DNA of 64,000 bases from Phycisphaerae bacterium (GTDB lineage: Bacteria; Planctomycetota; Phycisphaerae; UBA1845; Fen-1342): assembly GCA_963675745.2 (NCBI GenBank), contig CAXXWX010000015.1, forward strand, positions 421,285 through 485,284, given 5' to 3'. This document shows positions 42,123 through 52,192 of this stretch, one piece after another. Every line of letters begins with the position of its first letter. Position 1 is the stretch's first letter. Under the pieces are notes generated by a model. That model saw only the letters and a list, made by a program, of their open reading frames with translations. It was not told the DNA's origin and made no database searches. The translations under genes were made by a program, and so were the position numbers.

Positions 42123-42920
42123 ATGAACACAATCTGCCTGCACGACAAAGCGATGATTGAGACGGCGTTACGCCGTGACACGCTGCTGAACATCTACGCG
42201 CTCGGCGATCTGGACGATGGCTATTGGCCGTACACGACCTGGTACGGCGTGCGTGAGGAGGACAAACTGCGCGCGGTTGCGCTGCTCTACTCCGGCCTCG
42301 AGTTGCCCTCGCTGTCGGCGCTGACGAGTGGCGCCACCCAGCCGATGCGCGCCCTGCTCGACTCGATCCTCCACTTGCTGCCGGCGCGGTTCTATTGCCA
42401 TCTGACCGCGGGCGTCGAGCCGGCTCTCTGCGGTGCCTACAAACTCACGCCGCACGGCACGCACCTGAAGATGGCGCTGGCAGACGCTGGTCAGCTTGAG
42501 GGAGTCGACACGGCGGGTGTGGTGCCATTGCGCCCGGCGGACGCCGACGAGGTCATGGCCCTCTTTGAGCGGAGCTATCCGGGGCACTGGTTCGAGCCGC
42601 AGTTACTGGCAACCGGTTGCTACTTCGGCCGCCGGATCGCCGGCCGGTTGGTCTGCGCCGGCGGCATACATGTTTATTCGCCGACATACCGCGTGGCGGC
42701 GTTGGGCAACATCACCACGCACCCGGACCAGCGCGGCCACGGCCACGCCGCCGCGGTAACGGCCCGCATCTGCCGCCACCTGATGCCGACGGTCGACCAT
42801 ATCGGCCTGAACGTCAAGTCCGACAACCTCGCGGCCATCCGCTGCTACGAGCGCCTCGGCTTCGAGCGCTCGGCGTGTTACGACGAATATTCGGCAACAT
42901 TGGCCGCGATCCCGACGTAG
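42123..42920 (+). CDS. GNAT family N-acetyltransferase
   Basis: GNITTHPDQRGHGHA acetyl-CoA motif, NLAAIRCYERLGF. Confidence 0.88.
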   Translation: MNTICLHDKAMIETALRRDTLLNIYALGDLDDGYWPYTTWYGVREEDKLRAVALLYSGLELPSLSALTSGATQPMRALLDSILHLLPARFYCHLTAGVEPALCGAYKLTPHGTHLKMALADAGQLEGVDTAGVVPLRPADADEVMALFERSYPGHWFEPQLLATGCYFGRRIAGRLVCAGGIHVYSPTYRVAALGNITTHPDQRGHGHAAAVTARICRHLMPTVDHIGLNVKSDNLAAIRCYERLGFERSACYDEYSATLAAIPT

Positions 42921-42970
42921 CGGCGGTGGTTCCTTGATCGCTGCATGTGATCTGAAGGCATGGGTCGCGG

Positions 42971-43789
42971 TCAGCCGCCGGGCGCGCCGTTGTTTGATCG
43001 CGCCGGCGCCAATTGAAAGCTCGCTCCGCAGCCCGGACGGGCGCAGCGCACCATCATGGTGGGGATCGCCGCGAATTCCGCCGTGTCGGTGTTCTGCATG
43101 GCCAGCAAGGTCGGCAGGATCGCATGGGCCGCGTGTACGCACAGTCCGGCCGGCAGTGTGTGCTCCACGGTAAACTCCCGCACGTCGCAACCCTCGGCGG
43201 GGCAGGCCCCCGGCGCCGGGGCGGTGGTAAGCCGCACCTTGACCGAGCGCTGCGACTCATCCTCTTGACCCGGATGCACCAACGCAGGCGAGGGCGTGCT
43301 GTCGGCGACCGGCGCGGGCGTGTCGGTATCGGCGGTTGGCGACGGCTCCGGCGGTGATTCCGCGCCGCCCGTATCAAACACGATGACGTCCGCGCCGCGG
43401 TCCATGGCCAGGTTGGCCAGTTCATCAGCGCGCTTGTTTTCGTCGCGGCGCACGTGCTGGATGCGCCAGCGCGGTATTTTCAGCAGGAGAAGCTGCGCTT
43501 GTTGGAAGAGTTGCTGCAGCCGCGGACTCTTGACGCGATATTCACCGGTGATCTGCCGCACGAGCAGTTCGCTGTCCGAGAAGAGCTGCACATCGCCGGC
43601 ATCCTCGCACAGTGCGCGCTGAAGTGAGCGAATCAGTCCGTGGTATTCGGCGGCGTTGTTGGTTTGGTGTCCGAGGAAATAGGCGCCCTCGAACACGCGC
43701 TGATGGTCCTCGGTTTGAATAACGACGCCGGCGCCCGCCGGCCCCGGGTTTCCCCGCGATCCACCATCGAAATGGATGATCAGACCCAC
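42971..43789 (-). CDS. rnhA: Ribonuclease HI with extra C-terminal Cys-rich domain
   Basis: FDGGSRGNPGPAGAG, TNNAAEY, SDSELLVRQITGEYRVK, HVRRDENKRADELAN. Confidence 0.88.
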   Translation of the reverse strand: MGLIIHFDGGSRGNPGPAGAGVVIQTEDHQRVFEGAYFLGHQTNNAAEYHGLIRSLQRALCEDAGDVQLFSDSELLVRQITGEYRVKSPRLQQLFQQAQLLLLKIPRWRIQHVRRDENKRADELANLAMDRGADVIVFDTGGAESPPEPSPTADTDTPAPVADSTPSPALVHPGQEDESQRSVKVRLTTAPAPGACPAEGCDVREFTVEHTLPAGLCVHAAHAILPTLLAMQNTDTAEFAAIPTMMVRCARPGCGASFQLAPARSNNGAPGG

Positions 43790-43798
43790 ACCGCCCGC

Positions 43799-44530
43799 CT
43801 ACGTGCCTTTTTCCATCCAGAGGATGCGCCCGCAGTTCTTGCAGGTCACGGTATCGTCGCGCGTCAGGACCGCGTTCGCCACCTCGGCCGACAGCGACAT
43901 GTAGCAGCCGCTACAGATGAACTCGTCGCGGCGGGGATGGGTGCGCTCGATCTTCGCCAGGGCTTCTCCGTCGTAGCGCTCCGAAAGGCGTTCAAAACGG
44001 GCCAGCGCGCCGCTGTCGATTTCGTCGACGGCCAGCTTTCGCTGACGTTCGAGATCGGTCAGCTTGTCGGTGAACGACTTGCTGGCTTGCTCGAACTGCG
44101 CTTGAAGGTCGGCCAGGCGTTGACCCTCGACCTGTTCAGCGGCGCGGCGCTCGGAGAGGGCGGCCGAGCGCTGGTCGGCGTGCTCCATCATCTCGAGCGC
44201 GCGACTCTCGACCTTGCTGGCGTCTGCTTTCTCGTTGTTGAGTTCGGAGAGAACGGCCGCATACTCTTTGTTCGTGCGAACGCTGTTGAGTTGTTCGCGC
44301 AGCTTGGCGATGCGAGCGGTGCGGGACTTCAGGTCAAGGTCAACTTGATCCACCTGGACCCGGAAGCGCTTCAGTTCATCCTCCTCGGCCTTGAGTTCGC
44401 CGTGCAACTCCCCCAGCTTACTCTCCTGTGCCTTGACGGCGCGCTCGCGGCGCGCCAACTGGCGACGTATATCAACAATCTGCAGCTCAATATCCTGAAG
44501 CTCGAGTAGCCCCTGGAGCTTCGAGCCCAT
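43799..44530 (-). CDS. Coiled-coil + C4 Zn-ribbon protein (DUF164/zf-RING_7 family)
   Basis: LLELQDIE, long coiled coil with TNKEY, CSGCYM..CKNCGRIL. Confidence 0.85.
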   Translation of the reverse strand: MGSKLQGLLELQDIELQIVDIRRQLARRERAVKAQESKLGELHGELKAEEDELKRFRVQVDQVDLDLKSRTARIAKLREQLNSVRTNKEYAAVLSELNNEKADASKVESRALEMMEHADQRSAALSERRAAEQVEGQRLADLQAQFEQASKSFTDKLTDLERQRKLAVDEIDSGALARFERLSERYDGEALAKIERTHPRRDEFICSGCYMSLSAEVANAVLTRDDTVTCKNCGRILWMEKGT

Positions 44531-44728
44531 CCGAGTCCTCCGAATCCAATGAACTTGACAAACAACAACCAATTCTATTGACCCGGCATTATGAACGCTG
44601 GCGAGCCGGTAAGCAAGGAGGTTATTCTGGACGCGCAGGCGGCGGAATTTGAGCGGATAACGCCACCGCAAGCGTCGGGATGCATATCGTACGTAATGGA
44701 ACCTGTTGTGCCTGCTGATGGAGAAGCG

Positions 44729-46069
44729 ATGAGCCGTACTATCTGTATCCTGTTAGTCGTAATGGGTTTAGCAACCTGCGTCGCGCACAGTGCCGCCGAT
44801 CCCGCCGACCAGGCGCGACGCCGCACCCCGGTTGTTGAAGTTTTCGAGCGGGCCCGTGACGCGGTCGTAAACATCAACACCACGCGTCTGGTGCGCAGTC
44901 GCGGGTTGCGGCTTGGCTCGGGCTGGGACGACATCTTCAATCTCGCCCCGCCGCGCGCCCACGAACACGAAGTCCACAGCGTCGGCTCGGGCGTCATGAT
45001 TCACGAGAGCGGCTACCTGGTGACCAATGCGCACGTCGTCACCCAGGCATCCGATGTGAGCGTGACGTTCAGCGACAAGACCACACTGCCGGCCGAGATC
45101 ATCGCTGTCGATCCCGATCACGACCTGGCCGTGCTGAAGGTCACCGCGCCGGCCCCGCTCAAATCCTGCCGATTGGGCGTGAGTGACGACATCATGGTCG
45201 GTGAGACCGTTGTTGCGATCGGTAACCCGCTGGGCTTGCAGCACACCGTTACCACCGGGATAGTCAGCGCCCTGGGCCGCGAACTGCGCTTCCAGAATGA
45301 TGTCGTCTACCGCGACCTGATCCAGACCGACGCCTCGATCAACCCGGGAAACTCGGGCGGACCGTTGCTCAACCTGAACGCCGAACTCATCGGCATAAAC
45401 ACGGCCATCCGCGGTGATGCCCAGAACATCGGCTTCGCGATTCCGGTCGCCAGGCTCTGGGAGCTGCTGCCGCACCTGCTTGACATAGAACGGCGTCAAC
45501 GCGTGCGCTTCGGGCTCGAGGTAAGCGGCGCGCAGGCCCAGGTGCTGAGCGTCGCCGCGGATACGCCGGCCGCACGTGCCAAGCTGCGGCGCGGCGACCG
45601 CATTCTGCGGTTTAATGGCGAGCCGTTGGACAACGGCATTGACTACTACGTGCATCTGCTGTCACGCAGACCGGGCGATGATGTGCGACTGGTGGTCCAA
45701 CGCGGCGACCAAGAGCTCGAGAAGTCGCTGCAACTCGAGGCGGTGCCTCTGCCCGACGGCGAGAAGCTGGCCCTGCGCCTTTTGGGCATCGAACTCCAGG
45801 AGATCACACCGCAGATTCGCCGCAAGTATAGGTTGCCCGACTATGCGCGCCTGATCATCAGCGAAGTCGAGCCGCGCAGCCCCGCGGACCGGGCGGACAT
45901 GCGGCGCGGCGACCTGATACTGCGGCTCGACCGCCTGCCTGTTCAGACATTGACGGATATTGGTCTGGTTCTTGAACGCGTCGATGCCGGGGCACCGGTG
46001 ATCGTTGACGGGGTGCGGCCTGACCCGTTGTTTTCATGGAACGTGACCATTCCGACGCGCGGCGGTTGA
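44729..46069 (+). CDS. HtrA/DegP-like serine protease with two PDZ domains
   Basis: Signal peptide, GSGV, TNAHVV, DLAVLK, IQTDASINPGNSGGPL, IGFAIP. Confidence 0.93.
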   Translation: MSRTICILLVVMGLATCVAHSAADPADQARRRTPVVEVFERARDAVVNINTTRLVRSRGLRLGSGWDDIFNLAPPRAHEHEVHSVGSGVMIHESGYLVTNAHVVTQASDVSVTFSDKTTLPAEIIAVDPDHDLAVLKVTAPAPLKSCRLGVSDDIMVGETVVAIGNPLGLQHTVTTGIVSALGRELRFQNDVVYRDLIQTDASINPGNSGGPLLNLNAELIGINTAIRGDAQNIGFAIPVARLWELLPHLLDIERRQRVRFGLEVSGAQAQVLSVAADTPAARAKLRRGDRILRFNGEPLDNGIDYYVHLLSRRPGDDVRLVVQRGDQELEKSLQLEAVPLPDGEKLALRLLGIELQEITPQIRRKYRLPDYARLIISEVEPRSPADRADMRRGDLILRLDRLPVQTLTDIGLVLERVDAGAPVIVDGVRPDPLFSWNVTIPTRGG

Positions 46070-46367
46070 TGAGCCCGAGACCGAAGCTCGCCTGAGAGAC
46101 ACGCAGCGGCCACTTTCACGGTTGACACCGGCGCACATTCCAGGCGGCGCCGGTCGTCGCAAATCTGTGATCTGAATAACGACTCCCGGCCGCGGCGCCG
46201 ACAATGATGATGAGCGGCCCGCCCCACCCGCGCCCGGGCTGAGGCCGGTAGCGCGCGCCTGTGGCGAGCGCGACTCTATTATAGGATGTGTGCATTGACG
46301 TATTCGTAACCCCCAACACCCGATCGAGCGATATCGGACAGTAGTGACGCTGACCGGGTCATAACCA

Positions 46368-47390
46368 GTGGAAGTGACGATGAACGACTCGGGCATTGAG
46401 ATGGCCTACCGGCAGTTTCGGCAGATGCGCAACCAGCACCATGTCGACCTGATACACCGGCATCACCGCAACCCGATTCTGACGGCCGCCGACTGGCCCT
46501 ACCCGATTAACAGCGTGTTCAACTGCGGCGCGACGCGGCTTACCGACGGGACGACGCTGCTGCTCTGCCGGGTCGAGGATCGCCGCGGTCACTCGCACCT
46601 CACCGCCGCCCGCTCCAGCAACGGAGTTGACGGATGGCGCGTGGACCCACGGCCCACATTAGCGCCCTTGCCGGACGAGTATCCGGAAGAAATCTGGGGG
46701 CTGGAAGACCCGCGGATCACGTATGTCCCCGAGCTCGAGAAGTACGCCGTCGTCTGCACCTCGTACTCGCGCGGCGGTCCGGGTGTCTCGCTGGCACTCA
46801 CCGAAGATTTCGTCGAGTTCGAGCGCTTCGGCGCGATCATGCCCCCCGAAGACAAGGATGCGGCCCTCTTCCCGCACCGCATTGGTGATAACTGGGCGCT
46901 GATCCATCGGCCGGTCGGCCCCGTCGGGGCACACATCTGGATTTCGTACTCGCCCGACCTGTGGCACTGGGGCAGTCACAGGATGATTCTCGAGGCCCGG
47001 CGTGGCGCGTGGTGGGACGCGGAGCGCATCGGCTTGTCACCGCCGCCAATCGAGACCAAAAGCGGCTGGCTGATGCTGTATCACGGCGTGCGAATGACGC
47101 CGGCCGGCTGTTTGTATCGGCTGGGCCTGGCCTTGTTCGATCTGAACACGCCCGAGCGCTGCATCCAGCGCGGCGAGACCTGGATCTTCGGCCCCGAAGA
47201 GTATTACGAGCGTTTCGGCGACGTGGGCAACGTCGTGTTTCCCTGTGGATATACGATCGCCGATGACGGCGATACGCTGAATCTATACTACGGCGGCGCC
47301 GACATCTGCGTCGCGCTGGCGACCGCCAGCATCCAGGAGCTGCTGGACTGGCTGGCCAACAACAGCACGCCGACCGGCATGGCCGATTAG
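46368..47390 (+). CDS. GH130 family mannoside phosphorylase/glycosidase
   Basis: SVFNCGA, EDPRITY, DKDAALFP, WLMLYHGV, GNVVFPCG, YYGGAD. Confidence 0.88.
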   Translation: MEVTMNDSGIEMAYRQFRQMRNQHHVDLIHRHHRNPILTAADWPYPINSVFNCGATRLTDGTTLLLCRVEDRRGHSHLTAARSSNGVDGWRVDPRPTLAPLPDEYPEEIWGLEDPRITYVPELEKYAVVCTSYSRGGPGVSLALTEDFVEFERFGAIMPPEDKDAALFPHRIGDNWALIHRPVGPVGAHIWISYSPDLWHWGSHRMILEARRGAWWDAERIGLSPPPIETKSGWLMLYHGVRMTPAGCLYRLGLALFDLNTPERCIQRGETWIFGPEEYYERFGDVGNVVFPCGYTIADDGDTLNLYYGGADICVALATASIQELLDWLANNSTPTGMAD

Positions 47391-47416
47391 CGTAAGATCC
47401 GCCGCCAGAACCGCAA

Positions 47417-47485
47417 GGGTGCCATGCCGACGGCTGTTCGCGTCGGCGTTGGGTGCCATGCCGACGGCTGTTCGCGTCGGCATGC
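47417..47485. repeat. 34-bp tandem duplication of a REP-like palindrome
   Basis: gggtgccatgccgacggctgttcgcgtcggc occurs twice with period 34. Each copy can fold as gccgacg..cgtcggc. Confidence 0.85.
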
Positions 47486-47637
47486 GCTTCGGCCAACCAA
47501 GACGTCGGCCGCTTGATGGTGCCCTCCCGCGGTACCCATCCGGCAGAAACGGCTCGGCATCCTCTTGCCGAAGCAACCCCCTTGATAAACCGATATTCCA
47601 CCAGAGAGATTACGCGCACCAACAGAGGGCGCAACAA

Positions 47638-48141
47638 ATGCCTGTCCGCTGTGAGAGATTTCGCACACCGAAGCCGATATTGGCTTTCGCGCGCGCCTTC
47701 TCGCTCGTCGAGTTGCTGGCCGTGGTCGCGATAATCGCGATTCTCTCGGCGATGGCGATTCCGCGATTTGGCAATTCGATCGCCCTGCGGAGCGTTGAAG
47801 GAGCCGCGCGGCGTATCGCCGCCGACCTGGAACTGGCCCGCCAGCACGCCATGACCGCCAGCACCACCCAGGAAGTCCGGTTCCTGGAGGGTGGCGAGCC
47901 GGTGTACCAACTGGTCGGTCTCCCGCACCCGGATCACCCGGACGAGCGGTACGTCGTATCGCTTCCCGACGACCTGAACAAGGCCGAGCCCGTGTCCGCC
48001 AAGTTCGGTGACGACACGGTTGTTGTCTTCGACATGTACGGCGTGCCGGACAGCGGCGGAACCGTGGTCATTCACGTTGGCGACCACTATCGCACGATCA
48101 CGCTCGACGCCGACACGGGGCAAACGAGCATTTCTGAATGA
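47638..48141 (+). CDS. Minor pseudopilin, GspH/FimT-like
   Basis: [18 protein letters not shown] prepilin motif, [21 protein letters not shown]. Confidence 0.85.
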   Translation: MPVRCERFRTPKPILAFARAFSLVELLAVVAIIAILSAMAIPRFGNSIALRSVEGAARRIAADLELARQHAMTASTTQEVRFLEGGEPVYQLVGLPHPDHPDERYVVSLPDDLNKAEPVSAKFGDDTVVVFDMYGVPDSGGTVVIHVGDHYRTITLDADTGQTSISE

Positions 48142-48151
48142 GCGCAGGCCC

Positions 48152-49552
48152 ATGAGATCCTGGCAGCACCAATCGACGGGTTTCACGCTGGCCGAACTCG
48201 TGGTCAGCATGTCCATCATGACCATTCTGGTTGGTGGGATGGCCTCGGTGGTTTTGCTGGCCGGCCATGCGATTCCTGATGAAGAGGACCTGTCCACGCA
48301 GGCGGCGGAGGCGGTTGCGGCGGTGGACCGGATTACCGCCGATCTGGCGTTGGCCACCGCCCTCAGCGCAACTGCAGGTAGCGTGAAGCTGAGTGTGCCG
48401 GATCGCGGTCATGGGGACGCCGGCCCGGAGATGATCCAATACACATGGTCGGGAACGCCCGGCGATCCGCTGGCGTACAGCTACAACGAGTCCGACGCCA
48501 TCACCGTGTGCGAGGACGTGCGGTATTTCTCGCTGGAGTACGCGCGGAAGGCGCTGCCGCTCACGCACACGCCGCGCGTGCTGCTGGTCATAGACGAACT
48601 AGGCGGCCCCGGCAGCCAGGATGAGGACCGGCAGGACCTGATGGAGTCCTGGGGCCTGACGGTCGGGACCATCGTCGCGTCCGCACCGCAGGCGACTTTT
48701 GACGCCCAAGGTAAAGCCGCTGATGTGATCTACATCTCCGAAACGGTCTGGTCCGATGACCTGCAAGACAAAGATATGAACCCGTGCGTCGGCATAGTCA
48801 CGGAAGAGGGGTACATCTGCGACGAAATGGGGCTCGGCGCGGATGCGTACTACCTGCAACCAGTCGACCAGATTCTCGTCACCAACAATACTCACTATAT
48901 CACCGTGCCGTTTGAGCCTGGTTATCTCGTGTTTCTCGATGACTGGCAGGAGCGAGTCGCTCTGCAAACGCCGTTGGCGCCGGCAGCCTCCATCCTCGCG
49001 ACGGGGGCTTCCAGCGACCCGGTATTGGTGGTTGTCGATGTTGGCGGCGAGCTGTTGAACGGAGCCACCGCGGCGGCCCGACGTGTGAAGCTGCCGTGGG
49101 GCCCCAGTCCATTTGACTTCAACATGCTCAACGACGCCGGGCAAACACTGCTGCATCGCGCTATCATCTGGGCCGCGGCCCCGGTCGGGGTTTCCGCTGT
49201 CAAGGTCACGCTTCAAGTCGGCTCGGACGCGAGCGGCCGCGTGGAGACGCAGGTGCAACTGCTGAACTCGCCGGCCGCTGAGTTCTCGTCCACAGTATCC
49301 GGCAACAGGAATCCGATCGCCGTTGCAAATGCGCAGAGGCTGATGGCGACGATGTATCGCTTTGACGCATCGGGCTCGTCTGATCCTGACGGCGACCCGC
49401 TGACGTACTTCTGGGATTTCGGCGATGGTGGCACGTCGACCGACGCCTCGCCGACCCACACGTTTGGACTTGGCAAGTACACGGTGACACTGACGGTATC
49501 TGACGGACATGGTGGCGAGGATACCGACACGGTATCCGTGCAGACGTTCTAG
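48152..49552 (+). CDS. Prepilin-type protein (GspJ/PilW-like) with inserted domain and C-terminal PKD
   Basis: [12 protein letters not shown]-terminal [32 protein letters not shown] is a PKD domain. Confidence 0.82.
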   Translation: MRSWQHQSTGFTLAELVVSMSIMTILVGGMASVVLLAGHAIPDEEDLSTQAAEAVAAVDRITADLALATALSATAGSVKLSVPDRGHGDAGPEMIQYTWSGTPGDPLAYSYNESDAITVCEDVRYFSLEYARKALPLTHTPRVLLVIDELGGPGSQDEDRQDLMESWGLTVGTIVASAPQATFDAQGKAADVIYISETVWSDDLQDKDMNPCVGIVTEEGYICDEMGLGADAYYLQPVDQILVTNNTHYITVPFEPGYLVFLDDWQERVALQTPLAPAASILATGASSDPVLVVVDVGGELLNGATAAARRVKLPWGPSPFDFNMLNDAGQTLLHRAIIWAAAPVGVSAVKVTLQVGSDASGRVETQVQLLNSPAAEFSSTVSGNRNPIAVANAQRLMATMYRFDASGSSDPDGDPLTYFWDFGDGGTSTDASPTHTFGLGKYTVTLTVSDGHGGEDTDTVSVQTF

Positions 49553-49562
49553 GGAGGCTTTG

Positions 49563-50867
49563 ATGAGCGCTGAGCTGGCGAGCCGACGCCGTGGCCTGAC
49601 GCTGGTCGAGATGGTCATCTCGATCGCGCTGGTCGGCGTGATGCTGGTGGCGGCGCTGAACACCGTCGGGGCCGCCAAGCTGGGGCAGCGAGCGCTTTAC
49701 GGCCGACTCAGCGGCCGCCAGTTGGCCGAGGATCTGATGGTGGAGATCCTTCAACAAGATTACGCCGACGCCGCCAGTCTGTACATGATAGCGGGCGGAA
49801 TCTTCGACACGGGCTTCGTGACGGTCACGATGGGGCCGGAACCCGGGGAGGACGCCTCGGGAAACCGCAGCGCCTTCGACGATCTCGACGACTACAACGG
49901 CTGGTCCGCTTCACCGCCGCAGGAAAAGGACGGCACGGTGATGGGCTGGCTGGCTGAGTGGCAGCGCAGCGTGGTCGTGAACTGCGTGCAGTCTGGGGAT
50001 CTATCAGCACTGTCACCGGATGAAGTTGGCGCCAGGCGGATCACGGTTACCGTTTCGCGTGATGGTATCCCGGTAGCGGAGCTCGTCGCGCTGCGCACCG
50101 TCGGCCCCCCGCCGACCGAGGCCTGCTGCCTGGACGACGGGTCGTGTGCCGACGTGGCCGCCGACCTGTGCGCGACGTTAGGCGGCGAGCCGCAGGGGCC
50201 AGGTACAGACTGCTACACGGCGGGTTGCTACACGGGTGTCCCACTCCTTTTGGTGGTCAAGAACGACCAGGCCCCCTCCGACCAGGAGCTCGCCCGGCAG
50301 GCGCTTGCTGAATCCTGGGGTTTCGCGGTCACGCTCATCGATGATTCTAAGCCGAAAGCCGACTTTGACGCGGCCGTCGCTGACGTTGAGATCGCTTACG
50401 TGTCGGAACAGGTTAAGGCGAGCGACCTGGGCACAAAGTTACGCAACGCCCCCATTGGGGTAGTCAACGAAGACGAGGAGTTGGTGGAGGTGTTCGGGTT
50501 TGCCTCTGACACCAAATCCACCGATGCCCAGTCGGTGTACGTGTTTGATAACACGCACTACATAGTGTCCGAGTTCGCGATCGGGTGGCTCGGCGCATTC
50601 TCGTCGGAGCAGCACCTATACACGCTGAAGGGTTTCGCGTCCCCGCAGTTGGAGATCCTCGCCTACACCAGCACCGGCGGCGTAACCCTCTACCCATCGC
50701 TGGCTGTGCTCGAAGAGGGAGCGGCGTTGTATGGCGGTGGAACGGCTGCCGGCCGCCGAGTGCAGCTTCCGTGGGGTCGCGGCGGCTTTGACATCAATGC
50801 ATTGGCCGGCGACGGCCAGACAGTCATGAGAAGGGCAATCGAATGGGCGGCCGGCATGGATGAGTAG
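49563..50867 (+). CDS. Prepilin-type protein (GspI/PilV/MshD-like) with Cys-rich linker and extra domain
   Basis: G|LTLVEMVISI, LMVEIL, FDDLDDYNG (MshD-like), ACCLDDGSC..C..GG..C. Confidence 0.8.
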   Translation: MSAELASRRRGLTLVEMVISIALVGVMLVAALNTVGAAKLGQRALYGRLSGRQLAEDLMVEILQQDYADAASLYMIAGGIFDTGFVTVTMGPEPGEDASGNRSAFDDLDDYNGWSASPPQEKDGTVMGWLAEWQRSVVVNCVQSGDLSALSPDEVGARRITVTVSRDGIPVAELVALRTVGPPPTEACCLDDGSCADVAADLCATLGGEPQGPGTDCYTAGCYTGVPLLLVVKNDQAPSDQELARQALAESWGFAVTLIDDSKPKADFDAAVADVEIAYVSEQVKASDLGTKLRNAPIGVVNEDEELVEVFGFASDTKSTDAQSVYVFDNTHYIVSEFAIGWLGAFSSEQHLYTLKGFASPQLEILAYTSTGGVTLYPSLAVLEEGAALYGGGTAAGRRVQLPWGRGGFDINALAGDGQTVMRRAIEWAAGMDE

Positions 50868-50948
50868 GACCGGCTGACACCCGGCTCGTGGCGTCACGCG
50901 ACCACGTCATAGCGCCGGCGCCCGCCACACCGCGGCCAGGAGACTCGC

Positions 50949-51980
50949 GTGGCTGGACCAGAACAGGACGCGACACCGGTGAGAGCGCCGGCTATGGCGC
51001 ACACCAGGAGCCTGCACCCACAGCATGTGGGACCGGCCCCCGGCCGGTCTGCGCCCGCTCACAAGAAAGATCTTAGCGCCAGATTCTCACGCCGCGGAAC
51101 CTCGTATCTGTTCTTCCTTGGAACGGCGCTGCTGGTGACCATCATCGGCTTGTCGGCGATGATGGTCTTGCGCGTGAAGCTGCGCGCCGCCGAGGGCCTC
51201 GGCGATCGCGCCACGGCAAAGCTGTACGCCCAGTCGGCGGTAGACGCGGCGCTGCTGGCGATCTACAGCGACAGAACCTGGCGTACCAGCATAACGCATG
51301 ACACGTGGGTCGCTGAGCAGACATTCGGCGACGGATCCCTGACGTACAAGCTGGTCGATGAAGCAGACGGTGACCTGAGCGCCGACACAAACGCCCCGGT
51401 GCGCGTGTATGGCAAGGGCGTCTGTCGCGAATCGGTGTGGATCTACAGTGTCCTCGTCCAGCCGCCATTGGAGTCTCTGCCATCGAATGTCATCGTGAAC
51501 GGCGACTTCGAAACCAGCGTGGCGGCCCCCTGGCAGGCCGTCGGCGGTTGCGAGTTGGAGGTCCGCGACGGAGGGGAGCACGTTCACAGCGGCGAGTGGG
51601 GCATGAAGGTCAAGAACCGGACAGATTCGGCGGCCGTCCCGCAACAGACGCTGCCCATCATCCTGCAGAGCGGCGCGACCTGCCGTACCGACCTGTGGCT
51701 CAAGATGAAGGACGATCCCGAAGATGTCTCGGTCGGTTTGTGGATCGTGACCGACTCTGGCAGCGAGTACTTCGAATTCGCCCAGGCCGAGATCTGGAAG
51801 GAGTGGACCCACGTCAGCGGCAGCGTTGCGCCGACCTGGTCCGGCGCGTTTGTCGAGGCGATCTTCACGGTGGGGACCACTGTCAGCGATCAGGAATTCT
51901 ACGTCGAAGACGTGAGTGTGACGCAGATGCCGGGCAGCTTCGGACCTTTGCCGGGAACATGGCGCCGCGAAGCGGAGTGA
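50949..51980 (+). CDS. PilX/GspK-like pseudopilin with CBM4/9-like domain
   Basis: RRG|TSYLFFLG hydrophobic helix lacking Glu5, A.LYAQSAV. C-terminal NVIVNGDFE..HSG..WTHVSG..FYVEDVS. Start is uncertain. Confidence 0.72.
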   Translation: MAGPEQDATPVRAPAMAHTRSLHPQHVGPAPGRSAPAHKKDLSARFSRRGTSYLFFLGTALLVTIIGLSAMMVLRVKLRAAEGLGDRATAKLYAQSAVDAALLAIYSDRTWRTSITHDTWVAEQTFGDGSLTYKLVDEADGDLSADTNAPVRVYGKGVCRESVWIYSVLVQPPLESLPSNVIVNGDFETSVAAPWQAVGGCELEVRDGGEHVHSGEWGMKVKNRTDSAAVPQQTLPIILQSGATCRTDLWLKMKDDPEDVSVGLWIVTDSGSEYFEFAQAEIWKEWTHVSGSVAPTWSGAFVEAIFTVGTTVSDQEFYVEDVSVTQMPGSFGPLPGTWRREAE

Positions 51981-52090
51981 ACCGACTGATACACCATGGT
52001 TGCGTGTGACGCTGCTCTTGACCGACGCCGGCTACGACGCCGATCTGAGCTTCGCACTGCTCGAGAGCGATGGCACACAGCCAAACTGCC

Positions 52091-52182
52091 GTGGCACCGG
52101 TTTTTAACCGGTGAGAACCGGTGAGAACCGGTGAAGGACGGTGAAGGACGGTGAAGACCACAGGTTGAAAACCTGTGCCACA
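52091..52182. repeat. REPIN-like pair with internal 10-bp tandem repeat
   Basis: gtggcaccggtttttaaccggtg, five (cggtga....) units, then cacaggttgaaaacctgtgccaca. Confidence 0.85.
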
Positions 52183-52192
52183 GGGAGGCGTC

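Noticed and set aside
46070..46367. Structured ncRNA between the htrA-like and GH130 genes
   Set aside because: Only short GC hairpins and an AT-richer promoter-like patch. No family could be supported by eye.
47417..47485. Possible mini-CRISPR (34-nt period direct repeat)
   Set aside because: Only two adjacent copies, no spacers and no cas genes. It is a tandem REP duplication.
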